This document shows positions 30,173 to 53,431 of a DNA stretch of 64,000 bases, one piece after another (position 1 is the first letter of the stretch; every line of letters starts with the position of its first letter). The translations under genes were made by a program, and so were the position numbers. The notes beneath the pieces were generated by a model. That model ran no database searches. It saw nothing but the letters and a program-made list of their open reading frames with translations, and was not told the DNA's origin. This DNA comes from Zootoca vivipara (taxonomy: Eukaryota), in contig NC_083277.1 in the NCBI RefSeq assembly GCF_963506605.1, positions 5,518,001 to 5,582,000 of the forward strand. The letters are read 5' to 3'.

Positions 30173-30498
30173 TATTGTTGTTGTTTAGTCGTGTCCGACT
30201 CTTCGTGACCCCATGGACCATAGCACGCCAGGCACTCCTGTCTTCCACTGCCTCCCGCAGTTTGGTCAGGCTCATGTTCGTAGCTTCGAGAACATTTATC
30301 CCCTTCATGGATCAATGCCTTGTCGTGGCGAAGGGGCTTGAATAACTCAGAAAAGCTATGAGCTACGCCATGCAGGGCCACCCAAGATGGACAGGTCGTA
30401 GTGGAGAGTTTTGACTAAACGTGATCCACGTGGAGAAGGAACTGGCAAGCCACTCCAGTATCCCTGCCAAGAAAACTCCATGGACAAAGACAACAGGC
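30173..30498 (-). mobile_element. BovB insertion: minus-strand 3' end fused to an inverted 5'-region fragment
   Basis: 12-bp TSD ATAGATAAATGT (30161-30172 and 30499-30510); 30173-30293 is the BovB 3' end (minus); ~30300-30498 resembles the BovB 5' region (plus). Confidence 0.8.
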
Positions 30499-31726
30499 AT
30501 AGATAAATGTAGAGATAGATAAATAGATAGATTAGATGTCAGCATTAAGTTACTAGGTTGCCAGATGCTCAAGTTGGCCACAGTGCTTCTGCCCATCAAA
30601 GGAGGTCATAGAATCACAGACTTGTAGAGTTGGAAGGGACCCCAAAGGGCCAACTAGCCTTCAGGGTTAAGCCTTATCTCAGGCTACACATCCTGTGCCC
30701 TCCTCACATTGCCCTCAGCTGTTTCATCACAGTTCCCAAATCCTGCTCCCCCAAACCATTGCTCCAGAATGAAAGGCAGAAGAGCAAAAAAACAAAAAAC
30801 TGCAAAGCAAGTTTCTCCCCGCCCTCCTCTGTGCTTGGATGGCTCCGTTTGGCTCTTCTTGTTCTCCTTTTGCAGCAGAAGGAAAGACACAACCCGTTTT
30901 TGCCAGTCTTGAGAAGCGGCATCAAAAAAATCCCCGTGAGTCTGGACAGTTTCACATTTTGAACTTGCCTTATTGTGTTTGCTCACGGAGTGCCTTGCTC
31001 CAGTCACTGATGCGACAAGATAAACCTACCTCATATGGTGGGTGTGAAACTAGAGAAAAGACGGTAAAATGGCTGCAGAAGGGCTTCTGCTTCCTTTAAG
31101 CAGACGGATCTTCAAACGGCATTGAGCCGTGTTTTCCTGAGTGCCACTCACAAATTACGGTAGTACAGCGCCAAGGCTTTGACCAATCTTAATGTGGCCT
31201 GATTACTGCAATCCTGTGCCCACTTTAACTCTCATGTAAGACACATTCTGAGTACACATGCATGCCATTCTGATTCAATGTACGAAAGCCCCACATGATG
31301 CACTCAAGAGTCAAGCTGTACAGTATTTTCAGTAAGGCTTTATTCCAGTTGCAGTTTTCTATCATTATAAAGCAGTCTTCTTACATCCAGAAATCAGCAT
31401 ACACAGGTGGGACTACATACCGGGGAGAAGCCAGAGAGGGGAAGTCAGCCATACTTTTTAATACTAGGTGGCTATGGACCAATTAGGCAATGCCCCATGT
31501 CACATGATGCTGAGTCAGCATTTCCACTTAGCACAGAGTGTTAACTCCTTGATGCCGACAACACTCCTGCACATTCTGCTGTAAGTTAACTATACACTGA
31601 ATTCTCAATGAACGTATGGACAGCCTCTTTGTAGCTAGCTCTCTCTCTCCCCCCCCTCTCTTTGCATTTACCATTTTTTGGAGGGGAAGAGATTCTTTAG
31701 CACCCACCCACAAACACTCCCTAGAG

Positions 31727-31862
31727 CAGGCATGTCAAACCTGCGGCCCTCCAGATGTTTTGGCCTACAACTCCCATGATCCCTAGCTAGCAAGACCAGT
31801 GGTTGGGGAAGATGGGAATTGTAGTCCAAAACATCTGGAGGGCCGCAGGTTTGACATGCCTG
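31727..31862. mobile_element. hAT MITE (136 bp)
   Basis: Perfect 37-bp TIRs and perfect 8-bp TSD CCCTAGAG. Confidence 0.95.
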
Positions 31863-32337
31863 CCCTAGAGGTATTTGAAGAAAATAACCTGTTCCTAATC
31901 TAAGCTGTACAGGAAAGCTGCATTCTGGTTGCTAGGATGAAATGTGCATTAAATCATAGGAGGAAGTGGCAGCTTTTTAGGTCCCCACAGATGCCTAACT
32001 ATTGCCTGGCATCCAAACAACTCACCTGTCAATCACAGCTCCAACTTCAATCTTTTTTAAAAAAAACATGGTAAGGTAGTGAGAAACCAGACCAGCTCCT
32101 CTGGTGTCTCAGACTGAAACTACCTCACCTCACAGGGTGAGGTTAAGGGTCTATGACCCGCACTTTCAGAACTGCCTACTGCGTATTTTACTTGAAAAAG
32201 TTTCTTCCAGAAGGGCTATTACATCACTATAATACATCCCAGGTTACTAAAGATACTTCAGGGAGTATTTTCCTTCACCTTACAGCATAGCAATCCCATA
32301 ACAAAACAATGTCTTGGTTAATTAGGACAGACAGAAA

Positions 32338-37754
<5,417 letters not shown>

Positions 37755-37760
37755 AAACAA

Positions 37761-38565
37761 CTAGCTGGCCCTGCCACGCGTTGCTGTGGGTTATTTGTGT
37801 GATTTCCTCTACCCTGTGCCGATCCATGATGTATCCCTGTGATTCCCCCACTCCTCCCCTCACCCCCCCGGCTTAACCCTGTGATTCCCCCCTCATCCCC
37901 CTCCCTCATCCCTGTGAATCTCTAACTCTGTCCTGATCCATGACCTATGGGATGCCCCATGTGATTTCCCTCCTCTAGTCCGTCCAACCCCCCCCCCCCC
38001 GGGTTATCCCTGTCACCCATTCTTTTTGCACAAAATCATTCCCCCAATGTGCATGTTCTGTAAAATTTTGCCCTGTCCCAACCCTGACTCCCCTACCCAG
38101 GTGTTATGTGAAATAACATTTATTCTACCCAAAGGCACAGCCCTGTAAAAGGCCCATATTCAGTTGATTCTATGCTGCAGCCTATTTGCCCCCCCCCATG
38201 CCCCACCCAGACAGGCCCCTAAATCCACTCAGCCTAGTCTGCAAAGCCGAAGCAAGATACTGTGGAGAGGGCAGGTTTCATCCCTCTGTCTCCCCCACCA
38301 TGTTCTGACCCATTACCTATCCCTGCCCCCTATTTGGCCCCCCACCCCCAGGCAGCCCCTACCTCCACTTGGCAACGTTGGGCCTTGTTGCTGCAAAAGG
38401 CCTTTTTTTTGTTACATTACAGTTCAGCCCCACATCTCAGCCCCACATCTTCAGCCCCACATTTATTCTACCCAAAGGTATTCTACCTCCACTTGGCAAC
38501 GTTGGGCCTTGTTGCTGCAAAAGGCCTTTTTGTTACATTACAGTTCAGCCCCTACATCTCAGCCC
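37761..38565 (-). mobile_element. Helitron (same family as 23560-24150), inserted just after the gene 3 stop codon
   Basis: A|CTAGCTGGCCCTGCCACGCGTTGCTGTGG is the reverse complement of the 3' end; 38255-38400 matches the reverse complement of 23895-24047. The right boundary is approximate. Confidence 0.72.
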
Positions 38566-38569
38566 CACT

Positions 38570-38728
38570 CGCCTCACAGGGTGTCTGTTGTGGGGGAGGA
38601 GGGGAAAGGAGATTGTTAGCCGCTTTGAGACTCCTTCGGGTAGTGATAAAGCGGGATATCAAATCCAAACTCGTCTTCTTCTTCTTCTTCTTCTTCTTCT
38701 TCTTCTTCTTCTTCTTCTTCTTCTTCTC
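38570..38728 (+). mobile_element. Squam3-like SINE 3' part with (TTC)n tail
   Basis: GGGGGAGGAGGGGAAAGGAGATTGTTAGCCGCTTTGAGACTCC matches 20475-20550. Confidence 0.75.
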
Positions 38729-40619
38729 TATGAGCGTCTTTTACTGGAATTAAACATGCATCCATTATGAATACTTGTTTCTATCCTTAACCTTGTGCCC
38801 CATAAAGACATTGCACACACCAGAGAAATAAAAAAAATGATGGTTTTATTAAATGAAATAAAAATGACACAGAATACTGGAGGGGTATTATGTCTCTTCT
38901 TGTTGTTTTGACATTGTAAACAGCCCTGTGATCTTCAGATGCAAGGGCCGTATAGAAATGAAATAATATGGGTGTGGCTTTCGAAGAGTGGTTGCATTAT
39001 TAGGTGGGTAGCAAATTGCGCAGCATGCACACCACAATCTTGAGAGTAAAAATGATACCTTGCTATTCCAAAAGCCTAGAAAGTGTGTTAATTTGCCACA
39101 CTGCCCACACTTGAAATAAAGTGAGAAAGGAAGGGGGTGCACATATCTAGCCCAAAGTATGCAGAACCTAAGTCAGGGAGCAGAGTTCTGTGGCTTTGTG
39201 AGTTCTGCTCTCCCTGTCAGTAACCTCCACCAGCAAGGCTACCTCATCTCTCACAGTCCTCCTTTTGGTCTGTTTCCAGCAAGGCATGAAGAAGGAGCTT
39301 TGAGCTACCCAAGCATTGGCAATCTGGGATTTAAGTACTATTCTGAGTCAATGAATCCTTAAAGCGAAAGGGGGGAGGGGGTTGTCCTGGACGAGTGATG
39401 GTTATAACACCTTTGTTTCTGTGTGCTATTTATTTCCTACAAGTTCCTGTCTGTTTACTATTCTGTTCACTTTGCTAAGTTCGAAGTTGAAAGTACATGA
39501 CCCTGGTGAGAAATGACTGGTTATTATATAATATAGAATATATAGTAGACATATAATTGTGGGGTTTACTCATGAGTGTAGGGAAGAATAGGGAAAGGGG
39601 AAAAGAAAGACAGTCAGACACTTTGACCTGCAAAGCTCTGGTCCGAAGTGGGAGAGAGAGAGAAGGGAGCTCCTCCACCCTTCGCCCTGGCTCCTTTAAT
39701 CACACAAAAGAATTGCGTCATAGAATTCAAAAACAACCAATCAAACGCATCAGCACATCCCAAAAAGGTTTCACTTGGGAGAGGATCAGGTAGCAGAGAA
39801 TATGTGAGGAAAAACAGGAAGGCCTTTTCCAGGCTACAGATCTCTCTGCACTACAAAGCATGTTATAAACATTGAGGCTAAAATAAACAGGAAAGTAGAG
39901 CAGTAGAAACTCCTGAAAGGATTAGGCAGGAAAACAGGTTTTACCACCTCCAGAATCTAATACAAAGGCCAGGATGTTTAAGGAATGCAAATATTTGCCT
40001 GCCTGCAACAAATGGTTTAGACAAATGGCTTCCTGCCTATTTGAAGAAATGGAGACTGAACATCCTGTGGAATTTATATCGTAGACCATACATTCTATGA
40101 CCCAGGTGGAAGGAGTCTGATATGGTGAATTGTTAATTCAAATCATCCTCCTCAACCACACACATCAGATCATAAATCTATGATTTCTTTCAATAAATCC
40201 CCTGGGATGTTGCTACATATAATATTTTATAATGAACCAGCAACAATGAGAAGGTATCTCTTAAGTCTTCCCAATCCCTTACGCCCTCCTACGGTAGATA
40301 GTATGAGTAAAACATTTGTTTTGCGAATGAATACTATTGTGTTTGCTCACACACTAGGATCAAGTCTTGTCCTGTTTCTCCTCTGACACTCCCAGTTGAG
40401 CTTTTGAAAGCTTTCTTGACTAAATCACTAGCACTCCAATATGGATTTACATGTTACAAACAGCTGGTTCATGAGAACGCGTGGCAGCTCATAGCTGGAT
40501 GTCAATATTACAGTGACATCACAAAAGAACATGGCAACCTACTGAATATAAATGTGAGCCTTTTACTCTTTCCAAACAAAACACAGAAAGAAACAGCATT
40601 GCCCAGCCTGGGGAACCAG

Positions 40620-40886
40620 CCAGGGGGAGAGACAGAGGGGTCGGGGTGACGGGTGCCGTCACACAGGAGGAAGATGACGTTACGCAGAGGGGGGACCAGA
40701 GATGGGTGTCGTGGTGTCATGTGGCTGGGGTGGGGAACGGGGACGCCGAGTGGAGGAGGCCCATGGCTTTGGGGAGGAAGAATGAGTTGGGACGGGGTGG
40801 GGGGGATTTACCAGAACGTGCATGGGTGGGGGAGTCTTTTTTGGGATGAATGTCTGCCACAGCAATGCGTGGCCGGGTTCAGCTAA
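40620..40886 (+). mobile_element. Helitron-like 3' fragment
   Basis: Ends CCACAGCAATGCGTGGCCGGGTTCAGCTA; the left boundary is uncertain. Confidence 0.5.
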
Positions 40887-41362
40887 TAATAATAATAATT
40901 AATATTTATTAGGAGGACCCGTCCCTCTCCTCTCCTCCATATTCCCACACCTATTTCCCTTCTGCTCTTAAAATCCACTCTTATGAATGCCTCTGAGGCC
41001 CGTCCACAGGATGGATGTCCCCTTCTCCCAGTCTGGGGAGTCCGTCCTCTGTGCCACATCCCTTGCAGTCCCAGATCCCCCCACCCCAGCTCCCTAGGAA
41101 CCTTTCCATGGTCTTTCAATTCCAGTTCTTTAGCCTCCCCACACACTTTCAGGGAACTCATGGTAGGTCAGAGAAAGGAGAAGGCTGCTCAAGGAGCAAA
41201 CATGCTCTCTGAAAGTGTGGCCTTCAAGGAAACGGTTGAGTCACAACTCCACATGTCATTCAAATCATTTAATTCTCATTTAATCGGCCGCACCAGCAGT
41301 TGGGGAGCTAGTAAGGAATATGAAAAGAATATGAAAAGATAACCCAGGGTGTAGAGGGCAAA

Positions 41363-41436
41363 AGGAGGAGGAGGAGGAGGAGGAGGAGGAGGAGGAGGAG
41401 GAGGAGGAGGAGGAGGAGGAGGAGGAGGAGGAGGAG
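41363..41436. repeat. (GGA)n microsatellite
   Basis: Directly visible. Confidence 0.98.
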
Positions 41437-41464
41437 ACAAGGCATATCTTGTTGACTTTTGAGG

Positions 41465-41623
41465 TTACAGGTAGGTAGCCGTGTTGGTCTGAGTCGAAGC
41501 AAAATAAAAAAATTCCTTCAGTAGCACCTTAAAGACCAACTAAGTTTTTATTTTGGTACGAAAGCTCATACCAAAATAAAAACTTAGTTGGTCTTTAAGG
41601 TGCTACTGAAGGAATTTTTTTAT
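41465..41623. mobile_element. Penelope-like element terminal remnant (inverted repeat)
   Basis: Inverted arms around TTGGTA|CGAAAGCTCATACC; 13-bp flanking duplication TTGACTTTTGAGG. Confidence 0.78.
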
Positions 41624-41717
41624 TTGACTTTTGAGGGTTTGGCGACCCTCAGTTTTATGTTTACTCACGTTTTGGGGCAGAAGTTTTGTCAGCTGGATAA
41701 GGGAATGAAATGTGTTT

Positions 41718-41720
<3 letters not shown>

Positions 41721-41806
<86 letters not shown>
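41721..41806. repeat. (CA)n(GA)n compound microsatellite
   Basis: Directly visible. Confidence 0.98.
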
Positions 41807-41808
<2 letters not shown>

Positions 41809-42154
41809 CACTTATCCCATTGATGCCAAAGAGATCAAAATTTGACTACCTTTAGATCTAACCCATTATCTTTAAAACAGTATTTTTAACTGGAAAGTGA
41901 ACAGTTGGAAGAATATATTTTTGGAGCACAAGGACACATTTGTCATCTGAAAGCAAGACTGGTGTAGATCTGTGCTCCAGCACAATTCTCAAAACAATGA
42001 AATAAAATAAAAAAGAAATGTTTTGGAAGTTCATATAAGGATGTAGCATTGCTTCAAAGGGCGCAGCAACTTTGCTTCCCCGAAATTGTCAAAATAACAA
42101 ACAATCCTGGGGGGGGAAATCAACAGCGCCCCCTATTGGGTCTAGTAAACAACG

Positions 42155-42336
42155 TCAGCTGTGTGGCTTTCTAAGGGTTAAGGAGAACTGAACTGGCTTC
42201 CTAGAGAGGAAGGAACTTGGAGAGAAGGGAAGGGATCGGAGTCCTCCAGGGCAATACATGCCCCCACTCCATAGTCCTTCCTGCCTGGCTTCGGAGTTGG
42301 GGGTGGGAGATCATCAAGGGGCCCTTATGGGATTTG
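42155..42336 (+). promoter_or_regulatory. Putative non-coding first exon / promoter of gene 4
   Basis: TAAGGGTTAAG...TTCCTAGAGAG block ending in donor TTG|GTAAGT; paralogous blocks precede genes 5 and 6. Confidence 0.55.
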
Positions 42337-42870
42337 GTAAGTCTACCCCCCACTCTATTTTGTGCATTTGGGGGAGAGGGTGCAGCTGATCCATCCAGGG
42401 GACCCCAAAGCCCTCCAGTCAGCGAGTGCAGATTCCCTCCCTGCAAAGCCACATTTTGAAAGATTGGGAGAGGGTGCAAAGCGGGTTCGAAACATTTAGC
42501 TGACCTAAGCAGAATGCATTTTCAATTGCTGCTTGTTGGTGAGGACCAGATCCAAGACGGACGGTTCCCTTGTTGCTTCTTCCAGGGTCTGGGAAATAGG
42601 GTTGTCTCCATGGCAACGAACCTTACATTCTTGGCATCGGTTGAGCTCCAAGAGGTATCAGGGGTAAGGAGTTATTTAGCAGCACCCACAAATTACTCCA
42701 TAAAGGTGCTTGCAGAAAGCAGCTTCTTCCTGATCTCAGGCCAGAAGGAAATCGGCATTCTTGTTTGTAGGATGATATGTGCACTAAATCAGAGGAGGAG
42801 ACTGCGGCTCTTTAGGACCTCCAAGGATTCCTAAGGATTAGCTAGTGTCCAAACGCAGCCCTCATAATTT

Positions 42871-42910
<40 letters not shown>

Positions 42911-43520
42911 CTCTTTTAAACAAAACATATTATCAATCAATATAACCAATTACCCCTCCCCTCCCCCTTTTATTCCCTCCCATCCCTCCCTTTCCCACCC
43001 TCCAAAGACTTCCTTCAACTCCCCCTTCTGATTTGTTTACACATATTATTCTCTGCATGTTATAAAATTGTACATATCATTTACCTTATCTGTCATGTGT
43101 TCTACTAATAAATTTGTGGGTGTTTATTCAAAACCTGCCAAAGAGTCCAGATCCTTTTGATGTCTTTTTAGATAATTTGTAAAAAGTTCCCATTCTTCCT
43201 TGAAGTCACGGTTGTTCTTCTCATGTAATTCATGTGTTAACTTTGCCAGTTCCCCTCCACCGCCGCATTTTTTTTTATTCGTAAGCGCACGGCCATTACC
43301 CCCATTCGTAAGTCGAAAAATTCAGTTGTCGAGTCGTTTGTAAGTCGAGGTACCACTGTACTGAGACCCCCATCCACCTTTGCTCAGGGAACACTTTTCC
43401 TATTCTGACAATGAAGCAACTTTACAAAAGAACAATGTCTTGGCCTTCTAGGACTTGCTAGCACCTCACATTAGGACAGACAGAAATTGGCAGAAGAACA
43501 AAGACTTCCTGGGATCACCG

Positions 43521-47808
<4,288 letters not shown>

Positions 47809-48446
47809 AAGGACCTGTCATAGGTCCTGACAGGGTTGTGTTGCATGGTGTGCATCTGAATGGACAGGTGTGTCCAGCTCTCTCATATATCTCTGTACCT
47901 TTGGTTTGGAGTTCTGCTGTCCCCACAAATAACCTCTACCAGAAAGACTACAGCATTTCTCTCAGTCCTCCTTTTCGTCCATTTCCAGCAAGGCATGAAG
48001 AAGGGTATTCCATTGGAGCTTTGAGCTACCCCAACCAATACAAATCTGGGATTCAAGTACTATTTTGGGCCAATGTATCCTTACAGAGAAGGGAGGGGGT
48101 CTCCCTGCATGAGTGAGAGGCATAACGCCTTTATTTCATTGTACTGTACCATTATTTCCTACGAGTCCCTCTAGGTTTACTATTCTGTTCACATTTCTAA
48201 GTTTGAAGTTGAAAGGAGATGCCCCTTTTTAGAAATGACAGAATGGTTATCTTGTATTTTTCCTGTTTCTTGAGTTTTCCTTTGGAGAACGATAATACAG
48301 TATTGACCCTGGAGATCTCCATTCTTCCTTTTGATAGGAAAGATACAGTGCTGTATAGGGAAGCTTTTAAATGTGTAATGTTTTATATGTTGGAAGCCAC
48401 CCAGAGTGGCTGGGGCAACCCAATCAGATGGATGGGCTATAAATAA

Positions 48447-48516
<70 letters not shown>

Positions 48517-49165
48517 TTGCTGGTAATTAAACATTGCTGGTAACACAATTAAACATTACTGGTAGGTTCCAGGAGCCACCACAGGTCACGCTTTCTAGCG
48601 ATGGTTTGTGTCATGATAACTGTACATTTCTCAGAAAGAATCCTCAGTGAAATCAATGTAATCTACAGATAATTGTGTACAGAATTGCAGGCTGAATAGG
48701 CTAGTCACAGGAATTTTAACAAAGTACCCGTCCAATTCTAGGACTATGGGGAAAGAATTCCCCCCAGGACCCAGCTTACATGAAAGACTATGCAGTACTG
48801 TGTTATCCTTCTATTTGTTTATACCTCGCCTTTTCCCCTGATGGGACTCAAGGCAGTTTATGGATAAGAACAAGAACGGCTAAACACAGAAAAGAACCAT
48901 CTTTTCTTTTAAAAAAATGTTAAACCATAAAAAATAATGACAGCAAGAACAGCACAGCGCCAGCCCTTTCATTCAAAGCAGTCAGTTCCCCAAAGTGTCG
49001 GAACAAGAAAGTTTTCACCTGCTGGATGAAGGGAGTTGACTTTTTGAGTGTTTGGAGGGTTCTGCTTGCTTCTCTCTCCCCAATCCCAACCCCACAAATG
49101 TCCCTACAGCTGTTAGAATCCAGCTCAGTTCATTTTAAACCTTAGCATCCAGAGGAATAAAATTA

Positions 49166-49372
49166 CAGTGGACCGTTCGACTTCTGAAACATTTGACAGC
49201 CGAAGTACGATTGCCAGCCGGCAAATTCCTTTTAAAAAATGGAGAAATGCACCTCGGAAGCCGCTCAACTTCTGAGGCTCGTTCGAAAATGGAAGCATTC
49301 ACTTTTGGGTTGTTGGCATTCAGGTTCCGAATTGTTCGGCTTCCGAAGCCTTCGACAACTGAGGTTCCACTG
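49166..49372. mobile_element. Tc1/mariner MITE
   Basis: TA|CAGTGGA...TCCACTG|TA termini. Confidence 0.75.
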
Positions 49373-49971
49373 TATTTAGACATGCTGCAGCGCCACTGAA
49401 ATCCATCAGACTTAGAAGACATTCCTATGATTCTGTCAGAAACTTTTTGTGGCCTTCAGACCACTTCAACCGGTATGTGAAATGCTTCACTCGGCTCAGG
49501 GCCGTTCCATGGCATTTTGGCACCTGATGGCACCCAAACGCTTGCCAGGGGGGAAAAGGGGTCAGTGGGTATCTACATTGGGAACAAGAGGGGAATAAAT
49601 GTCTACATCGGGAAGAAGTGTGGTAGAATCAATCTCAACTGACAGTGCAAATGGTCATCAAAGTCCATCATGGGAGGTGGGGATAGGGTCCCACTCTAAA
49701 TCCTGCCGGCCCTTGCCATTTCCTCCCTAGGGGCGGGAGGAGACCAGCAGAGGAGACTCAGAAGCTGCTGTAGAAGCAGCATGGGGTGGGTACTACCAAG
49801 GAGGTGACAGATCCAACCTCCAAGGCCTGTGCTGCAGATTTTGATGCTGCTACCACCAGCAGCGAGATGCATTCCTTGAAGGGCAGATCTGCTGCCCATA
49901 TGAAAACTGCTGCCCAAGGCAGTCGCCTCACTTTGTCTCATGGGTGGGCCAGCCCTGCCTCAGTTGGATGT

Positions 49972-50036
49972 TAGGGTTGCCATATTTCAAAAAGCGAAAA
50001 TCCAGACACAAAAGCTGTTGAGCTTTTTCTGCAAAA

Positions 50037-50086
<50 letters not shown>

Positions 50087-50891
50087 TGTTGTTGTTGTCA
50101 TTTAGTCATGTCTGATTCTTTGTGACCCCATGGACCAGAGCACGCCAGGCACTCCTGTCTTCCACTGCCTCCCGCAGTTTGATCAAACATACACACTAGG
50201 GTGATGACTTTTTTACAACCTCATTTCCCTGTATCATAATTTGATGAGCTTTCATTAAAGATTAGATAAAATCTTACTTTCAAAGAGATTTGATTAAAAA
50301 AAAAACCTCACGCACAAAATGATTTTTAACAATTTTATCAGTTTTTTGACCATTTTTGAAGTCACTGTAAGCAGATATAAAATTGAACCCAAGCTTTAGA
50401 GTCACATATATACAACATTATATAGGGTCATCAAACACACAAGGAAGCTTTTTTTAGCTGCAGTAACAGTATAGACGCCGCTAGAGGACGATGTTTTGCT
50501 ACCGTACCTCTCCTGTAGGTTCATTTCCCAGCATGTCCGGCAGGGTCTGCTGGCTGAGTTTTGAGGTCCCCAAAAGGGGCTTTTACCTTGCGCAGATGTG
50601 ACATTTGTATACCCTATGTTCCTAAGAACACTCCGCATTGTGGAATGTGGTGTTGTGTCCAAATAAAAAAAACGGTTTGTGCGTGACCTTTTTTAATATT
50701 TCAATGGAATATACCTCATTTTAGTCATTAAGAGGCAAAAGTTCATCCATTTGTGCTACAGGAAATAATTTTTGAGGGGGGAGGATGAAAAAGTCCTCGC
50801 CCTAATACACATGGAGCAGTTACTTCCAAGTTTTCGGTGTTTGGAAGCGAAAACATTCCAAAATGAGGTTTTTCGGGAACCAAGGTTTGAC

Positions 50892-50932
<41 letters not shown>

Positions 50933-51089
50933 TGTTTTGGAGCTATTTATAAGGAAATTCACCAAAATCTAGACTTCTGACATTGATTGTTAGATTTTCC
51001 TGGACATTTGAGCAATTTCCACCCATACACTGTTCCGACGGCCGTATTCCAACAATGTTCGGAAAAATTCCATACATATGGCAACCCTA
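49972..51089. mobile_element. hAT-like non-autonomous element with nested insertions
   Basis: TIRs TAGGGTTGCCATAT / ATATGGCAACCCTA; TSD not clean. Confidence 0.6.
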
Positions 51090-51562
51090 TTATGTATACT
51101 CATGGTTTGGGGCAGAAGGGTTGTAAAATACAGAAAAGCACATATGGGGGGACGTGATGGTATGGTGAAAAGGTAAAGGACCCCTGGACAGATAAAGTGA
51201 CGGGTCAGGGTCTAATAATCCATACTCACACAAAACCCAGCTGCTGATGCCCCTGATATACTGGTATTAGTAAGTCAAGATTAATTTGCCCCATTGATGT
51301 CAATGGCACTAAAGTGTGATTGACTTCCTTTGAATTCAACCTGATCAGATATTACGGTAGAAGCAGCCCAGCCCTTTGGGACAAGAAATCTGAACCCTGA
51401 GAACCTGGAGTGTCACTCGGACGGTGAGTACACCCTGCATTTAAATCACATACCCCACCCACCCAAAATATTCTGGGAACTGTAGTTTACCCCTCCCAAA
51501 GGCACAACTCCCGGCACCCTCCAGAAACTACACTTCCCGGGTAAAAATGTGCTTTAAATGTA

Positions 51563-51736
51563 CAGTCATACCTCGGTTTAAGTATGCCTCGGTTTGAGTA
51601 CTCTTTCAGTTTAAGTACTCCGCGGACCCGTCTGGAACGGATTAATCCACTTTCCTTTACTTTCAATGGGAAAGTTCGCTTCAGGTTAAGTACAGACTTC
51701 CGGAACCAATTGTGTACTTAAACCGAGGTCCCACTG
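51563..51736. mobile_element. Tc1/mariner MITE
   Basis: TA|CAGTCATACCTCGGTTTAAGTA ... TACTTAAACCGAGGTCCCACTG|TA. Confidence 0.8.
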
Positions 51737-51944
51737 TATTTGGCGTGTGCCCAAAGGCTCCCCTGCGTGGTCAGAGCATGACCAACCCCCTTGAGAGGCA
51801 CAGAGGGAGCTGATCCTGCCCCTTGGCCTTTGCCCCCCACCTGGTTTTCCCAACAGGCAATGGCACGTATTGAACCCCTGGAGCTTCTGCATGCAAGCGA
51901 CTATCCCTTCCAGCTGCTGCTTAGCTACTGGTAGCCTTGTCTTC

Positions 51945-52144
51945 CTGTGTGGCTTTCTAAGGGTTAAGGGGAACCGAAGTGGTTTCCTAGAGAGGAAGGG
52001 AAAGGGGGCGGAGTCCTCCAGGGCAATGCCTTCCCCCCCCCCTTCCAAAGTCCTTCCTGCCTGGCTTTGAACTCGGGAGTGGGAGATGTGAAGGTGGATT
52101 CTGCTCTCCCCAAGATCCCCATCAAGGGACCCTTCTGAGATTTG
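51945..52144 (+). promoter_or_regulatory. Putative non-coding first exon / promoter of gene 5
   Basis: Homologous to 42155-42336; donor TTG|GTAAGT at 52144. Confidence 0.55.
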
Positions 52145-52179
52145 GTAAGTCAACCCCCCCCCCGCTCTGCATTGTGCAT

Positions 52180-52640
52180 TTGTTGTTGTTGTTTAGTCGT
52201 TTAGTCGTGTCCGACTCTTCGTGACCCCATGGACCAGAGCACGCCAGGCACTCCTGTCTTCCACTGCCTCCCGCAGTTTGGTCAAACTCATGTTCGCAGC
52301 TTCGAGAACACTGTCCAACCATCTTGTCCTCTGTCGTCCCCTTCTCCTAGTGCCCTCAATCTTTCCCAACATCAGGGTCTTTTCCAGGGAGTCTTCTCTT
52401 CTCATGAGGTGGCCAAAGTATTGGAGCCTCAGCTTCACGATCTGTCCTTCCAGTGAGCACTCAGGGCTGATTTCCTTAAGAATGGATAGGTTTGATCTTC
52501 TTGCAGTCCATGGGACTCTCAAGAGTCTCCTCCAGCACCATAATTCAAAAGCATCAATTCTTCGGCGATCAGCCTTCTTTATGGTCCAGCTCTCACTTCC
52601 ATACATCATTACTGGGAAAACCATAGCTTTAACTATACGA
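52180..52640 (-). mobile_element. BovB LINE 3' fragment
   Basis: ORF VRIVKAMVFPVMMYGSESWT...HGVTKSRTRLND. Confidence 0.92.
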
Positions 52641-53188
52641 ACTATGGGAGATGTAATCTGGGAATATTTTGGCAGGTGGGGGAAGGCACAGGTTCCCCAA
52701 CCTTGCTCCATGCAGGGGTTCAAAATAGCTTTGACCACTTACATTTATCATCATTTCCAGAATGCAAAGAGGGGGCCACCTTTGAGGACCTCCATGTCCT
52801 GCTTAAAACAATTCTATCCATGCAGAAAACTTTCCATTATATCTGCCTTTCTTAGACGCCACCTTCTGCAAGCTGTGCAAAGATCTGCTCTCCAGGGCAC
52901 GGGAGAAAAATTCCAGAAGGGAAGCCGGTTTGCTGTAATGTGTGCATTCACTGTCCAGAAGGGACTTTTTCTCACCAAACAGGTAGTTGAAACCTTGAAT
53001 CCTAGTCTACAATGCAGAGTTGCATGTGTCCAGGGAGTGTTTCTCCCATTTTTCTCCTGGAATTGTTGTTGTTTAGTCATTTAGTCGTGTCCGACTCTTC
53101 GTGACCCCATGGACCAGAGCATGCCAGGCACATTTAGGGGGAGAGTCCAAGGTCTTCAGGGGGCGGTGCAGCTGGTCCATCCTGGGCA

Positions 53189-53223
<35 letters not shown>

Positions 53224-53431
53224 AAAGTAAGGAGCTCAGATCCTGTCCCTCTCTGCAAAGTCTAGAAGCTCCCTACATTTAAGGTTCCTCCGCCATATTA
53301 GTTCAGCAATGGTCAAATGCATGTGCTCATTCAGACATGCAACACACACAGAGGGGGAGGGGGTGTTTTGTGATGGTGTGATGGAATGGAAAACAGCTGA
53401 GAACTACAGGCATTCTTTTAATGGAAGGACA

